Assembly (NCBI RefSeq): GCF_000143415.4
Contig: NW_003314268.1
Coordinates: forward strand, 2,620,494-2,684,493
DNA: 64,000 nucleotides
From: Selaginella moellendorffii
Taxonomy: Eukaryota; Plantae; Lycopodiophyta
Direction: 5' to 3'
The position numbers and the translations under genes were made by a program. The notes beneath the pieces are model-generated. The model was not told the origin of the DNA. It did not search any database and saw only the letters and a program-made list of their open reading frames with translations. Positions 1-11,233 of the stretch are shown here, piece by piece (positions within the stretch are counted from its first letter, which is position 1; each line of letters opens with the position of its first letter).

Positions 1-206
1 AAGTGACCGAAAGTTTTGTTTTGAACATATTTTGTCTATCCAGGTGTGAAATCCAAAAATTCTTTTGTTCGTCATGGTATAATCTAAGAACTTAGGTGCA
101 ATGTTTTGGACATGGACCATGAGGTTATCACTTTGATCGGGCGTGCTTCTACCATCTCGCAAGTGAAAAGAGGGTTGAGAGGAAACTCCACCGCCATGTC
201 CAGCTC

Positions 207-1300
207 GTGAATCTAATCGTCAAAGCATATGCCAGGTGTGGCAGCCTCCAAGATGCCCTTTCTGCCTTTCAAACGCTCGAGTGTCCCAACCAGCACTCTT
301 GGAATATCCTGCTCTCGGGCTACGTCCGCAATGGAGGTATTGCCCAAGCGGAGGAGCTGTTTGGAGTCTTGCCATTGCGAGATCGAGTGACTTGGAATAC
401 GCTGGTTGCAGCTTATGCTAATGCTGGGCATTTGCGTAAGGCAAAACAGCTGTTTGATACGATGCCGGACAGGGACATTGTTTCCTGGGCGTCACTTCTC
501 CAGGCGTTTGTAAAGAAGGGAGATTTGAGCAGTGGAAAGAGGTTGTTTGATCTTATGCCCAGATGGAACGTTGTAGTCTTTAATTCCATGATATCTGGAT
601 TTGCAAACTTGGGTGATCTGTCCAGCGCCGAGAGTATGTTTGCATGGATCCCAGAAGCGACGCTCGTTACATGGACAACCATGGTGGCCGCGTTTTGCGA
701 AAAGGGTCTAATAGCTAGAGCTAAAGACCTCTTCTCCAAAATGCCCGAAAGAAACATGCTAGCCTGCACTACCATGCTTGAAGCTTTTTCTCTGAAAGGT
801 GATCTCACCGAAGCAAAGCGGGTCTTTGATTCCATGCCAGAGTGGGATCTTGTCTCGTTTACGGTGATGCTTCAGGCATATGGCAAAAGAGGGCATTTGG
901 TAGAATGTATACGTTTGCTCCAAACCACGAGAAAAATGTGGTCTCCTACAATGCGGTGATTTCGGCATTTATTAACGCTGGAGACTTAGAGGGAGCCAAG
1001 TCTCGGTTTGATTTGTGCCCAGAATGGGACATTGTGTCGTGGACAACTTTGATTTCAGGATATGCCGTGGCCAGGTATTTTGATGCTGTAAAGAGCTTTT
1101 TGGCAAGAATGCCCGATGTGGACACAATGACGTGGAATACCATCCTAGCGGCGTATGTCGGCGATAGAAATATCTCTCGTCCAAAGACAACGTTCTATTC
1201 CATGAAAGAGCGGGATACCATTTCATGGAACGTGATTTTAGCAGCGTATTCCCAAGCTGGAGATTTGGAGGAGGCAAGGAGGCTGTTCTCGGCAATGAGT
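207..1300 (+). pseudogene. PLS-type PPR protein, frameshifted and truncated
   Basis: Repeats such as AKQLFDTMPDRDIVSWASLLQAF. The frame changes from ORF 207..959 to ORF 842..1546, and the 3' end is joined to an antisense DCI fragment. Confidence 0.85.
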
Positions 1301-1724
1301 CCTAGATCCACCTCCTTGACGGAGAAGAGTGAATCTCTAGTGCAGTTCCTCACGTCGCAGGCCGTGATGACATCGATCCGCGCCAATGCACGCGCCATAG
1401 ATCATCGCGATGACTGGCTTGCGGCAAATCTCGGGCGAGAGATTCGGCGCCTACATCAGGTGGTTCCAAGACTCCCTCTCGGCGGCCGCGAGCGCCATCG
1501 CCATCGCCATGGGCCGAGGAAGAGGAAGAAGAGGATTTGGTGCTGAGGATGTTGGTGTCGATACCCGCGCAGAAATTGGAGCCATTCCCCGAGAGCAGCA
1601 CCACGCGCACCTGTGGATCATCGTCCAGTGCTCGCAGCGATCGGGAGCTCGCGGAGGACGGCGTCGTCCAGGGCATTGCCCAGGTTGAGGAGGAGACGTG
1701 CTCCTCCACGCCCATAGCCATCAA
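1300..1724 (-). pseudogene. Delta(3,5)-Delta(2,4)-dienoyl-CoA isomerase (enoyl-CoA hydratase family) fragment
   Basis: DDDPQVRVVLLSGNGSNFCAGID, EICRKPVIAMIYGACIG and IDVITACDVRNCTRDSLFSVKEVDLGL lie in different frames. Internal micro-inversion. Confidence 0.8.
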
Positions 1725-2069
1725 GAACCCTAATTTTTTAATTTTAGCTCTTCAATCACGCAAAATCTTTGGGGGTTAAGAAAGTTTTTCTCTGAGTCTA
1801 CAAGAATCCCATTCCTTGGATTATTCCAGAAGTTGTCTCTGTAATTGTCAACCTCCTTTAGATCCCTCCTTAGAACAGTCAAGTCCTGCAATAGATGCTA
1901 GAAAGTTAACCGAAATTGCTCACAATTCTTCCCAAACCTCTTCGCTGGTGCACAAGCAAATTCATGTGAACGAATTTGCTGTTCATCAGTTAGATCACAT
2001 CAGGTTGGTCAAATTTTGTGTTTATGTTTCTTGCTTTTCCCTCTTCTTCCTTGGGTGCAGTGTGCTGTC

Positions 2070-3620
2070 CCAGTTCGAGCTGTTCGAAGGCCACGCATGA
2101 ACGTTGGAAGGCAAGCTTTCTCTGGAATCCTGCTTTTGCAGATTCGACATGAGCACGTAGAGCGCCGAGTCCCATGGTTCCATCTCCAAGAGTTTCTCTG
2201 CGGCACGATGCAGCATCGATGTTCTTGCCGCTGCCATGAACTTTGCAAGCGCTGATCAAGCTCTTCCACGCGAGGAAATGCGGCTGGAAGGGCATCACCA
2301 GCAGCAGACCTTCGGCCTCGGCAACCAGCCCGGCTCGTCCCAGCACTGCCATCGCCTGGAAGTGAATCACATGGAGAAATGCTGTACTCGGCCACCATAG
2401 ATCGAAAGTAGTTGAGTGCCACTCGGAGCTTCCGCAAGTCAGGAGAATCGCCTGGAAACTTATCTCGTTTCTCGTCTCGCCCTCCATCGCCATGCTGTCA
2501 AAAACTCAGCGTGGCCATTCTGTGCGCAGCCATGGATCATCGCGTTCCGCGGCACAATGGAGAAGATGTTCCCAGCCTGCAAGAGATTCCCCCTTTGAGT
2601 GCTCGCGGCAATCCAGCTCGCTGTGTCTCTCACCAGCATGGCCGCGAAGAGCTCCCGCGCTGGACGAGGGCAATTGCTCTGGATGTAAGCTCCCAGCGTG
2701 TTTCACGCGACGCTATCATGCTGTGGCATTTGGTCGAACAAGATGGCACCCGTGCAAAGCAATTGACGCCACCATTGCCGTCTAAGCGACGTGATCGCGC
2801 TGTGGCATCCGTGCAAACATCTTCATGGCTTCTTCGAGGTGGCCGTGGTTGGAGTAGGCCAAGGTCATGTCAGTCCACACCACGTCGCCGGGGAGGTCGA
2901 TCGAAGAAAATGCGAGCTTCTTCGAGCTGGTTTCTCTCGGCCAGTGTTGTGATATTGTCGACCACGATGCAACGTTCTTCTGTGGCACATTTTACTGAAA
3001 CGCTCCTTGGCTGTTTCATTATGCTCAAGCTGGGGGACAAGAACAGTTCATCCCAGCTCGTTGGTTTCGGGGATTCCCATAAACAAACGTAGCGCGTCGT
3101 TAACAAGACCTTTTCTTGCATACCCAGTAACCATAACAGCCCAAGAAACTATGTTGTGTTCTAGCATTCCATCAAAGACCGTTGATCCATATGCCCGTTA
3201 TGGGCATATACTGTAAGTAGAGAGTTCCAGAAAACTACATCCCATTCTGGAACCTGATCAAACAATGCTCGGCATTCCTCAAAGTTTCCACGGTTTTCAC
3301 AGGCCGTCATAAAAATCATCCATGCAGAAACATCCCTTTGTGGCATCTGATCAAACGGCTCTTTGCTTCCTCAAGATACCCACTTTGGGCATAAGCGCCA
3401 AGCAGCAAGTTCCAAGAGAATCTATTGGACTCGTGGATGCTGATAAACACCTGCCAATGCTCGATCCGCGCGCTCATAGAGTTGGATGAGAAGATTTGCG
3501 AGGTACCTGCTGGATTAGTGGTGGGTGCTCCCAAGGATGAGCGCGTGGCGCCTTGACGCAATTCGATGCAAGCTGTGAGAAGTTGCGCGTAGTATGCGCG
3601 CTGCTCTAGATCGGCCACCC
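2070..3620 (-). pseudogene. PLS-E class PPR pseudogene
   Basis: Fragments FSWNLLLGAYAQSGYLEEAK, AMKMFARMPQRD and E-motif-like VLGRAGLVAEAEGLLLVMPFQPHFLAWKSLISACKVHG. Many frameshifts. Confidence 0.85.
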
Positions 3621-3825
3621 GTGGTGAGGCGGGGGGACTACTGCCCGACCAGCAGGACCGGGCAGCACTGACTGCCGCGTTCTAGAGGCTTGAATCAGTA
3701 CGTCCGCGTGGTAGTACAGGTGTTTCCCTGGATAGAGCTTTGATTTTTCAATGCCATCTCTCTCCTATTTAAAGGCGCTTTCAAAGAACAAGCCAAACTT
3801 TGCAAAACAATCCCTGAGAGGAAAC

Positions 3826-3936
3826 TATCGATCACAGAGCCGCCATACCAGCGCCGTCCTCGAGGGCATCGGTGGCAGGGAGCGCCTTTGCAACATGGCG
3901 AGAACCGAAAACAACACCAAGCAAGCCTATGAAACA
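3826..3936 (-). pseudogene. Paralogue B of the secreted Cys-rich peptide (deleted and frameshifted)
   Basis: Retains LVLFSVLAML and CHRCPRGRRWYGG, plus the same gctataaa promoter context as the intact peptide gene. Confidence 0.65.
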
Positions 3937-4907
3937 AAGAGTTCAACTTTGTTCTAGTATATTCGAGTTGATCTGTGAGGCCGCTTGTATTTTTATAGCT
4001 CGAGGCAGCATACAATGCTTGAGTGGCCCCTCTTGGGACGGCATCTCTTTGTCCTTTAAAAGTTAGTCGAGGAAGTCGTTCCGTGTTTGTCAATTCCTTT
4101 TCTCTTCTGTAATGCTGGGACATAGAACAACACAGGAAGTGAAGCTGTGAATCCAGATGAGTAAAGACAACATTTCTAGTTTTTTCACAGTTTATATAAT
4201 ATATGAACTCATGCATCACCACGCGCTAGATTTCACTGCCACTGGGAAGAACAAAAATCCAAATAAATAGTTGGAACTTAACGAATATGAAAAAAGTTCC
4301 TACATATTAAAAGTCCATACGATACACAACTTTGCAGAAAACGCACCATGTTTATCATTGACAGTCTCAGGGCACCAAACACGTGAATAGACTCCAAAAC
4401 ATCTTCGTTCACCTTTTCATGATTCGAGATTCGTTCCCGTGGTTCTTCGAGGCAATTCTTCAGTGGAGGCCGCCACCCTCGATGGCAGCTGTTGTCATAC
4501 CCGTACCAATTGCATTGCGCGCAGCGAAATCCATCCCTCTGAAGCAGCGATGCGCCATCGCCTTGGTGATCCTCCCGACCTCCACTCCCACCGCTAGGTG
4601 TGCCTGGGCCTGGTTTTGACGCTCCAATCGAGTCTTATTGCTTGCCGATCATTGGAGCAATCGACTGGAAGTCGAGGGACTTGGAGGAAGGAGCAAGGGC
4701 AGATTCAGACATTTTATATCAAGGCTTGGACAATTTATATTTTATTGCTGGAACTCATGCAATGCCATGCAGCATCGCACGATACAGAAAACACGTCATC
4801 AGTGTCTTTATTCTTGTTTCCAGACCCTTGGCACTGCAGAGCGATGAAATCAAAGGCAATTACGATGCTGATTCTTAACTTGGCCTTACCCCGTGAAACT
4901 GGAGGTT

Positions 4908-5105
4908 TCAGTTGCGCCAGCAGCGATTGTTGCGCCAGCTCCAACCCTTCTGGCAACGGTGGCAACTGTTGTCATACCAATACCACCCCGACTGGCAGCG
5001 CTGGGCAGCAGCCTTTGCGATTCCTCCCACGTCCACGCCCATGGCCAGCATCATCACAAATATGGCGAGTGCCAAAAACAACACGAAGAAAGCCTTGTTC
5101 TCCAT
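4908..5105 (-). CDS. Small secreted Cys/Trp-rich peptide, copy 1 (65 aa)
   Basis: Hydrophobic signal region ending AKAAA, then mature QRCQSGWYWYDNSCHRCQKGWSWRNNRCWRN. TATA (gctataaata) ~65 bp upstream. ORF kept in five copies. Confidence 0.8.
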   Translation of the reverse strand: MENKAFFVLFLALAIFVMMLAMGVDVGGIAKAAAQRCQSGWYWYDNSCHRCQKGWSWRNNRCWRN

Positions 5106-5634
5106 GCTTTGCTGCTTGTTCTATTGGAGAGAAGTGGTTTGATCTGTGAGGCAGGAGGGGCTCATATTTATAGCTCGAGCCAGCACACAATGCTAGAGAG
5201 TTGTCGTGGGACGGCATTGCTTAGTCCTTATCTAATTTGGTTCCGTGTTTGAGAATTTCTTCTCGTTTCTATAATATCTCTCCAACCCTTCAAATGAGGA
5301 TCACAAATCGCCATGCTAGTTGAATATGGGACGGTTGAGATCATGTTAGATCGACGGCTTCGATTAATTAGTACGACAGCCAAGATTTTACACACTGTAC
5401 GGCTCAAATTGGTCCAGAAAGTTTTAAATGCACGGTCTAGAGTGTACAAGAATGACTACTATTCTTCTATTTGTACGAAAATACCATTCGTTTACCGTAC
5501 ACATTAAGTACTTAGCTTTCAGACACTTTAATGCCCTAAGAAAGGGGAAGTAAGCAAGCGCGAGTGTTCTCTGGTAAGCAAGCGAGTTTGAGCTGAAATA
5601 CTGCGACTTTCTCTGGTAAGCTTGATCTCTGACT

Positions 5635-7386
5635 ATGGCTCGCAAAATCTCCACGCCACCGCCCCCGCCGCCTCATCGGGAGCACGCGAGGAGGACGCCG
5701 CCGCCCAAACCATCGCCAAAGAGGGCACCGACAACTTCATCTCCGCCACCAAAGAGGTCTCCACCGGCGCCAGCCAAGAGGCACAGTCATTCACCACCAA
5801 AGCCCACAGAGGGACATCACTCACCAGCAAAGCCACCACCGAGTTCTCCTGAGCATCATGGAGCTGGACATCCACCACCGAGCTCTCCTGAGCATCATGG
5901 AGCTGGACATCCACCGCCGAGCTCTCCGCCCACCAAGGAACATCCAGCAGCAGAGCCAAACAGGCACCATGGACATCGACGAGCTGGTGATGGAGCTGCT
6001 ACAGGGCCGCCACCTTCTTCTTCGCCGCCCAACAAGGCCGACACTGTAACCTGGCGACCAAGGAGGGCCGGGCCGTCATCGCCACCACCTTCGAGCATAA
6101 TGTGGAACCCAAGGTCGCCATCGCCACCACCTTCGAGCATAACGTGGAACCCAAGGCCGCCATCGCCACCACCTTCGACCATAACGTGGCAACCAAGGCC
6201 CCTTGGCTTGGACACCTCTCCGCCTACGGCGTCGTCAGCACCATCTTCAGCAGCAGCAGCAGCTGCAGCTGCATTCGTGGCATCACCTGGTGTGCTCGCG
6301 GCAGGCATCGTTATGCTCCTGCTCGCACTGGTAGCTATCGTCACTGGAGTCTGGATACTCTTGAAGAGGAGAAGGAACAAGGTGCACAGCGACATCCACC
6401 ACGACAACATCCTGGTGGAGGATGGCCATGAGCCTAGCGGTGGCAACAGCGGCAGCAGCAGCAACCAGCGGGAGCATCTCATTACCAAAGTGGAGCCTCG
6501 ACCATCATCGCAGTTGAATGCCGGCAGGAAGAAGGCGGCTGCTGACCCCCTAATTCGCGAGCTCCTGAGGCCACCAAGGCGGCTGCCACCGTCTGCTCTT
6601 CCCGCTGGTGCTCGCCACAAGTCTGCATCCGGAAACGATCCACTCTTTCGTGCTGCTGATCCAGTGCATGGCCAGCAGGGAAGCCGGGGAAACGTCATTA
6701 TGGAGGATCCTCTCGTCGTCTTTCCTGCGTATGAAGTTGACGAGCAGCCAAGGCTGTTCTCAGCCACTCCGGAGGATGATCCACTTTTCTCGACTGGTGG
6801 CTACTCTCATCATCCAGCAGGCGAGAAAATGGCTGCAAACGAGCTCCCAGTGTGCATATCATCCCGATGCGACCGGGTTCCAGAGCAGTTTCATGGCCGG
6901 GAACAAGGACGAAAGGTGGCGGATCGTTCTGGCACCGTGTTCGATCCTGGAGATGTCGCAGCACTGGCAAAGAAGCGGGCTGAGATGGAGAAACAGATGC
7001 AGAAGTTCATCATGATGGAGCCCCGCATCCGGCCTTTTTTCCACAGGTTAGTAGTTTCTGCACTTGAGCTGACTGATGAAGCTGAATCGATCAGGAAGCG
7101 CGATGTGGAGAACAGCCCCGAGATCACGAGCGACGAGAACCTCGTCCGGAAGTTGACAGCCAATGATCCCAAGCGGGTCAAGAGTGATTTGGAGGTGGAG
7201 CCATCTGCTCCGGGGCACGCTTCTCTGACGGGTGAAAACGCCGATCAGGTACGAGCCTTTCTGTGAATTCTTCCACCTCTGAGAGAGACAGGGAACTTGA
7301 CGAGGTACGTTTCTTCGAAGTCAATTTGTATAGATGCTACTCTTTGATTGCAGGCACTGCAAGAGACAAAACATAAGAACAAGTAA
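5635..7386 (+). CDS. Pro-rich (extensin/PERK-like ectodomain) single-pass membrane protein without kinase, copy 1
   Basis: ORF 5635..7266 has an SPPP-rich N-terminus, TM GVLAAGIVMLLLALVAIVTGVWILL and KRRR. A possible intron 7249..7353 gives a short last exon ALQETKHKNK*. Confidence 0.75.
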
Positions 7387-7665
7387 AAAACAAATCGAAT
7401 GAAGAGCGAAAGCTCGTCATTTATCTGGCCTTCTCTTCAGTCCCTTCTATGGGCTTGAGTAAGTCACAGGAAGGTCTTCCTCGCCTTTCATCGGGGTACA
7501 AAAGTTTAGGAGGAGCCATCAATCATCGATATACAATAGCCAGGATGATCACAAATTTATTTTGTTAATTTTTATTCTGTTTTTATGAAATCTAAACTAT
7601 CGATGCTTGAGTCGGTGATAATATTATTGCACTAATAGATATTAGACAACACCAGAATTCGTACG

Positions 7666-8150
7666 GTGGTTTTCCTCATGCAACTGAAATCAAATTTCAC
7701 GGTGGTTTTGGTCGCAGGCCCCCAGAATGGCCATTTTGAAACGGTGTTTGTCATCGACAATGTTCTCCCTCGCGTGACTCCCAGATTGTGGGAAGAGCCA
7801 AAGGATGTACATCAACGACGATTCCACCAACACCAACATCACAACCGGTTTGTTCTTGACATTCGTGGCTGTGTTCAAGGATGGGACGATGAGCATGCGC
7901 AGACAACAGCATCTTTTTTGAGCTCTCTATGACATAGTCCTAGGTGGCAATAGTGCCACCTCACTGTCTCTTGTATTGTACCTATCCTTGAGTTATCCTT
8001 GCCTGTTGTAGCTTTTGCATATCTCTTCAATCTTTGATGAAGATTGCGATAATTGCAGGCACCGGAGCTTACAGATTTGCGTCGGGGTATTTGCAGATCA
8101 GGAGCTACATGCTCATTCCACCGTTTTCGGCAATCTTGCGCTATTTAGTG
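7666..8150 (+). pseudogene. Dirigent protein remnant
   Basis: GHFETVFVIDNVL and IAIIAGTGAYRFASGY dirigent motifs in broken frames. Further copies at ~17020-17400, ~48880-49020 and ~58330-58800 (-). Confidence 0.7.
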
Positions 8151-9063
8151 TTAATTGATCATGTCAAAATTGAACGAGCCAAAAATGTATCTATATCTCC
8201 GAAGTCCCTCTTGTAGCTCAAACTCAAAGTTTGATAGAACCAAGTCAGTAGTCGAAATGGAAGACAAGAACTCTAGAGTATATATATTAGGAGTACATAC
8301 ACTGGAAGAATAGTGGTAAATGCTCTCTTCTCACTGGGAGGCTGTTGACAATATCTTGGGCAATCCAGCACCCAAACAGATTGATCATGCAGCAGTTAGT
8401 GATCAGTGACAGGACCAGAAAGTGGTCTATGCTTCAGCCATCCAGCATGGGAGGTATTATCCGTTTAAAATGAATTAATTAACAATTATTTTCTGATATT
8501 AAATCTTGTTAAAGTAATAAATATTTGCAGCCTATCCTCCTCTCCATCACCATTATTTCGAGCTTTTGGGTTACATTCTTCCTTCAAAAGGCATTATCAT
8601 ATAACTTTCTAAAGTTTCCTTAATCTTAGATTTGCAGGAAGTAATCTCTATGTGTGGTATTTAATATTTTCACTAGCTTTACCAATTTTTACTGTCGTTT
8701 CATTCCCATTTGCTGCCTAAAATTTTTCCCAAAACCTTTAAAAGTTTATTGTAGTAGTACTGTTAAAGTTCATACTTTTATTTTTAGAGAATAATATACC
8801 ATTTAAGTAGTGTCTTGTAAGATTTTGTTTAGTACTAAGTTTTATGAAAAATACAGAAAACCTGTTAGTGGATATACTTAGAATATCTATTCTGTGATTT
8901 TTAGTTTGAATACAAACCATATTTATAATCTAGTAGAAATTTAAATTTAGATAAGGTTGAATGCCCAATACCTTGCAGGAATTATGACAATTGGCTGGAT
9001 CTAGTCTTCCATCACACGATAGTAATTCTCATCACATTTGCCAACTTTTCTCTGTGGTTTTTA

Positions 9064-9425
9064 AGGTCCAGATTTCCATAACCAAGCTTCCAGAGATTGA
9101 AATCCACGCTGCCGAGTATGAATTCCCAGACGAGGCTTTGCCAACCGACTCCGGCTATCTCCCCATTGACGAGTCGCCTTTTTTACGTTTACTACGAAGC
9201 GAGCAAGCCAGACACCGAGCTGGAAATCTCACCGATTATGGTGTGGCTCAACGGCGGACCCGGTTGCTCCAGCTTGATCGGTTGCTTCTACGAGCTCGGC
9301 CCATGGATTCTCCAAGAGAACTTCAGCTTGCAAAAAAATCCAGGAGCATGGAACCGAAGGTATCGTAGATTTTTGTTTTCGAAGTGACCGAAAGTTTTGT
9401 TTTGAACATATTTTGTCTATCCAGG
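9064..9425 (+). pseudogene. Duplicated SCPL exon fragment at the repeat junction
   Basis: Copy of 18894..19255 (WLNGGPGCSS) with an 11-bp frameshifting deletion. The sequence then switches to PPR-upstream DNA. Confidence 0.9.
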
Positions 9426-9587
9426 TGTGAAATCCAAAAATTCTTTTGTTCGTCATGGTATAATCTAAGAACTTAGGTGCAATGTTTTGGACATGGACCA
9501 TGAGGTTATCACTTTGATCGGGCGTGCTTCTACCATCTCGCAAGTGAAAAGAGGGTTGAGAGGAAACTCCACCGCCATGTCCAGCTC

Positions 9588-10464
9588 GTGAATCTAATCG
9601 TCAAAGCATATGCCAGGTGTGGCAGCCTCCAAGATGCCCTTTCTGCCTTTCAAACGCTCGAGTGTCCCAACCAGCACTCTTGGAATATCCTGCTCTCGGG
9701 CTACGTCCGAAATGGAGGTATTGCCCAAGCGGAGGAGCTGTTTGGAGTCTTGCCATTGCGAGATCGAGTGACTTGGAATACGCTGGTTGCAGCTTATGCT
9801 AATGCTGGGCATTTGCGTAAGGCAAAACAGCTGTTTGATACGATGCCGGACAGGGACATTGTTTCCTGGGCGTCACTTCTCCAGGCGTTTGTAAAGAAGG
9901 GAGATTTGAGCAGTGGAAAGAGGTTGTTTGATCTTATGCCCAGATGGAACGTTGTAGTCTTTAATTCCATGATATCTGGATTTGCAAACTTGGGTGATCT
10001 GTCCAGCGCCGAGAGTATGTTTGCATGGATCCCAGAAGCGACGCTCGTTACATGGACAACCATGGTGGCCGCGTTTTGCGAAAAGGGTCTAATAGCTAGA
10101 GCTAAAGACCTCTTCTCCAAAATGCCCGAAAGAAACATGCTAGCCTGCACTACCATGCTTGAAGCTTTTTCTCTGAAAGGTGATCTCACCGAAGCAAAGC
10201 GGGTCTTTGATTCCATGCCAGAGTGGCATCTTGTCTCGTTTACGGTGATGCTTCAGGCATATGGCAAAAGAGGGCATTTGGTAGAATGTATACGTTTGCT
10301 CCAAACCACGAGAAAAATGTGGTCTCCTACAATGCGGTGATTTCGGCATTTATTAACGCTGGAGACTTAGAGGGAGCCAAGTCTCGGTTTGGAACGTGAT
10401 TTTAGCAGCGTATTCCCAAGCTGGAGATTTGGAGGAGGCAAGGAGGCTGTTCTCGGCAATGAGT
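9588..10464 (+). pseudogene. PPR pseudogene, copy 2 (217-bp internal deletion)
   Basis: Same protein as 207..959 except D>H. Confidence 0.85.
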
Positions 10465-10888
10465 CCTAGATCCACCTCCTTGACGGAGAAGAGTGAATCT
10501 CTAGTGCAGTTCCTCACGTCGCAGGCCGTGATGACATCGATCCGCGCCAATGCACGCGCCATAGATCATCGCGATGACTGGCTTGCGGCAAATCTCGGGC
10601 GAGAGATTCGGCGCCTACATCAGGTGGTTCCAAGACTCCCTCTCGGCGGCCGCGAGCGCCATCGCCATCGCCATGGGCCGAGGAAGAGGAAGAAGAGGAT
10701 TTGGTGCTGAGGATGTTGGTGTCGATACCCGCGCAGAAATTGGAGCCATTCCCCGAGAGCAGCACCACGCGCACCTGTGGATCATCGTCCAGTGCTCGCA
10801 GCGATCGGGAGCTCGCGGAGGACGGCGTCGTCCAGGGCATTGCCCAGGTTGAGGAGGAGACGTGCTCCTCCACGCCCATAGCCATCAA
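10464..10888 (-). pseudogene. Dienoyl-CoA isomerase fragment, copy 2
   Basis: Same ORFs as 1300..1724. Confidence 0.8.
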
Positions 10889-11233
10889 GAACCCTAATTT
10901 TTTAATTTTAGCTCTTCAATCACGCAAAATCTTTGGGGGTTAAGAAAGTTTTTCTCTGAGTCTACAAGAATCCCATTCCTTGGATTATTCCAGAAGTTGT
11001 CTCTGTAATTGTCAACCTCCTTTAGATCCCTCCTTAGAACAGTCAAGTCCTGCAATAGATGCTAGAAAGTTAACCGAAATTGCTCACAATTCTTCCCAAA
11101 CCTCTTCGCTGGTGCACAAGCAAATTCATGTGAACGAATTTGCTGTTCATCAGTTAGATCACATCAGGTTGGTCAAATTTTGTGTTTATGTTTCTTGCTT
11201 TTCCCTCTTCTTCCTTGGGTGCAGTGTGCTGTC

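Larger units (their letters stand above)
1..9381 (+). repeat. Tandem segmental duplication, unit 1 (period 9381 bp)
   Basis: Sequence at position 1 recurs at 9382. Near-identical ORF sets at offset 9381, then 9164 after a 217-bp deletion in unit 2. Confidence 0.95.

Noticed and set aside
207-3620. Functional PPR editing factors
   Set aside because: All copies carry multiple frameshifts or truncations, and no DYW domain is visible.
4598-5149. 183-aa plus-strand ORF overlapping the peptide gene
   Set aside because: It has a non-ATG start, its length differs among copies, and the TATA box and signal peptide support the opposite strand.
5895-6767. 290-aa antisense Gly-rich ORF and similar shadows
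   Set aside because: Reverse frame of the GC-rich Pro-rich gene, broken by stops in other copies.
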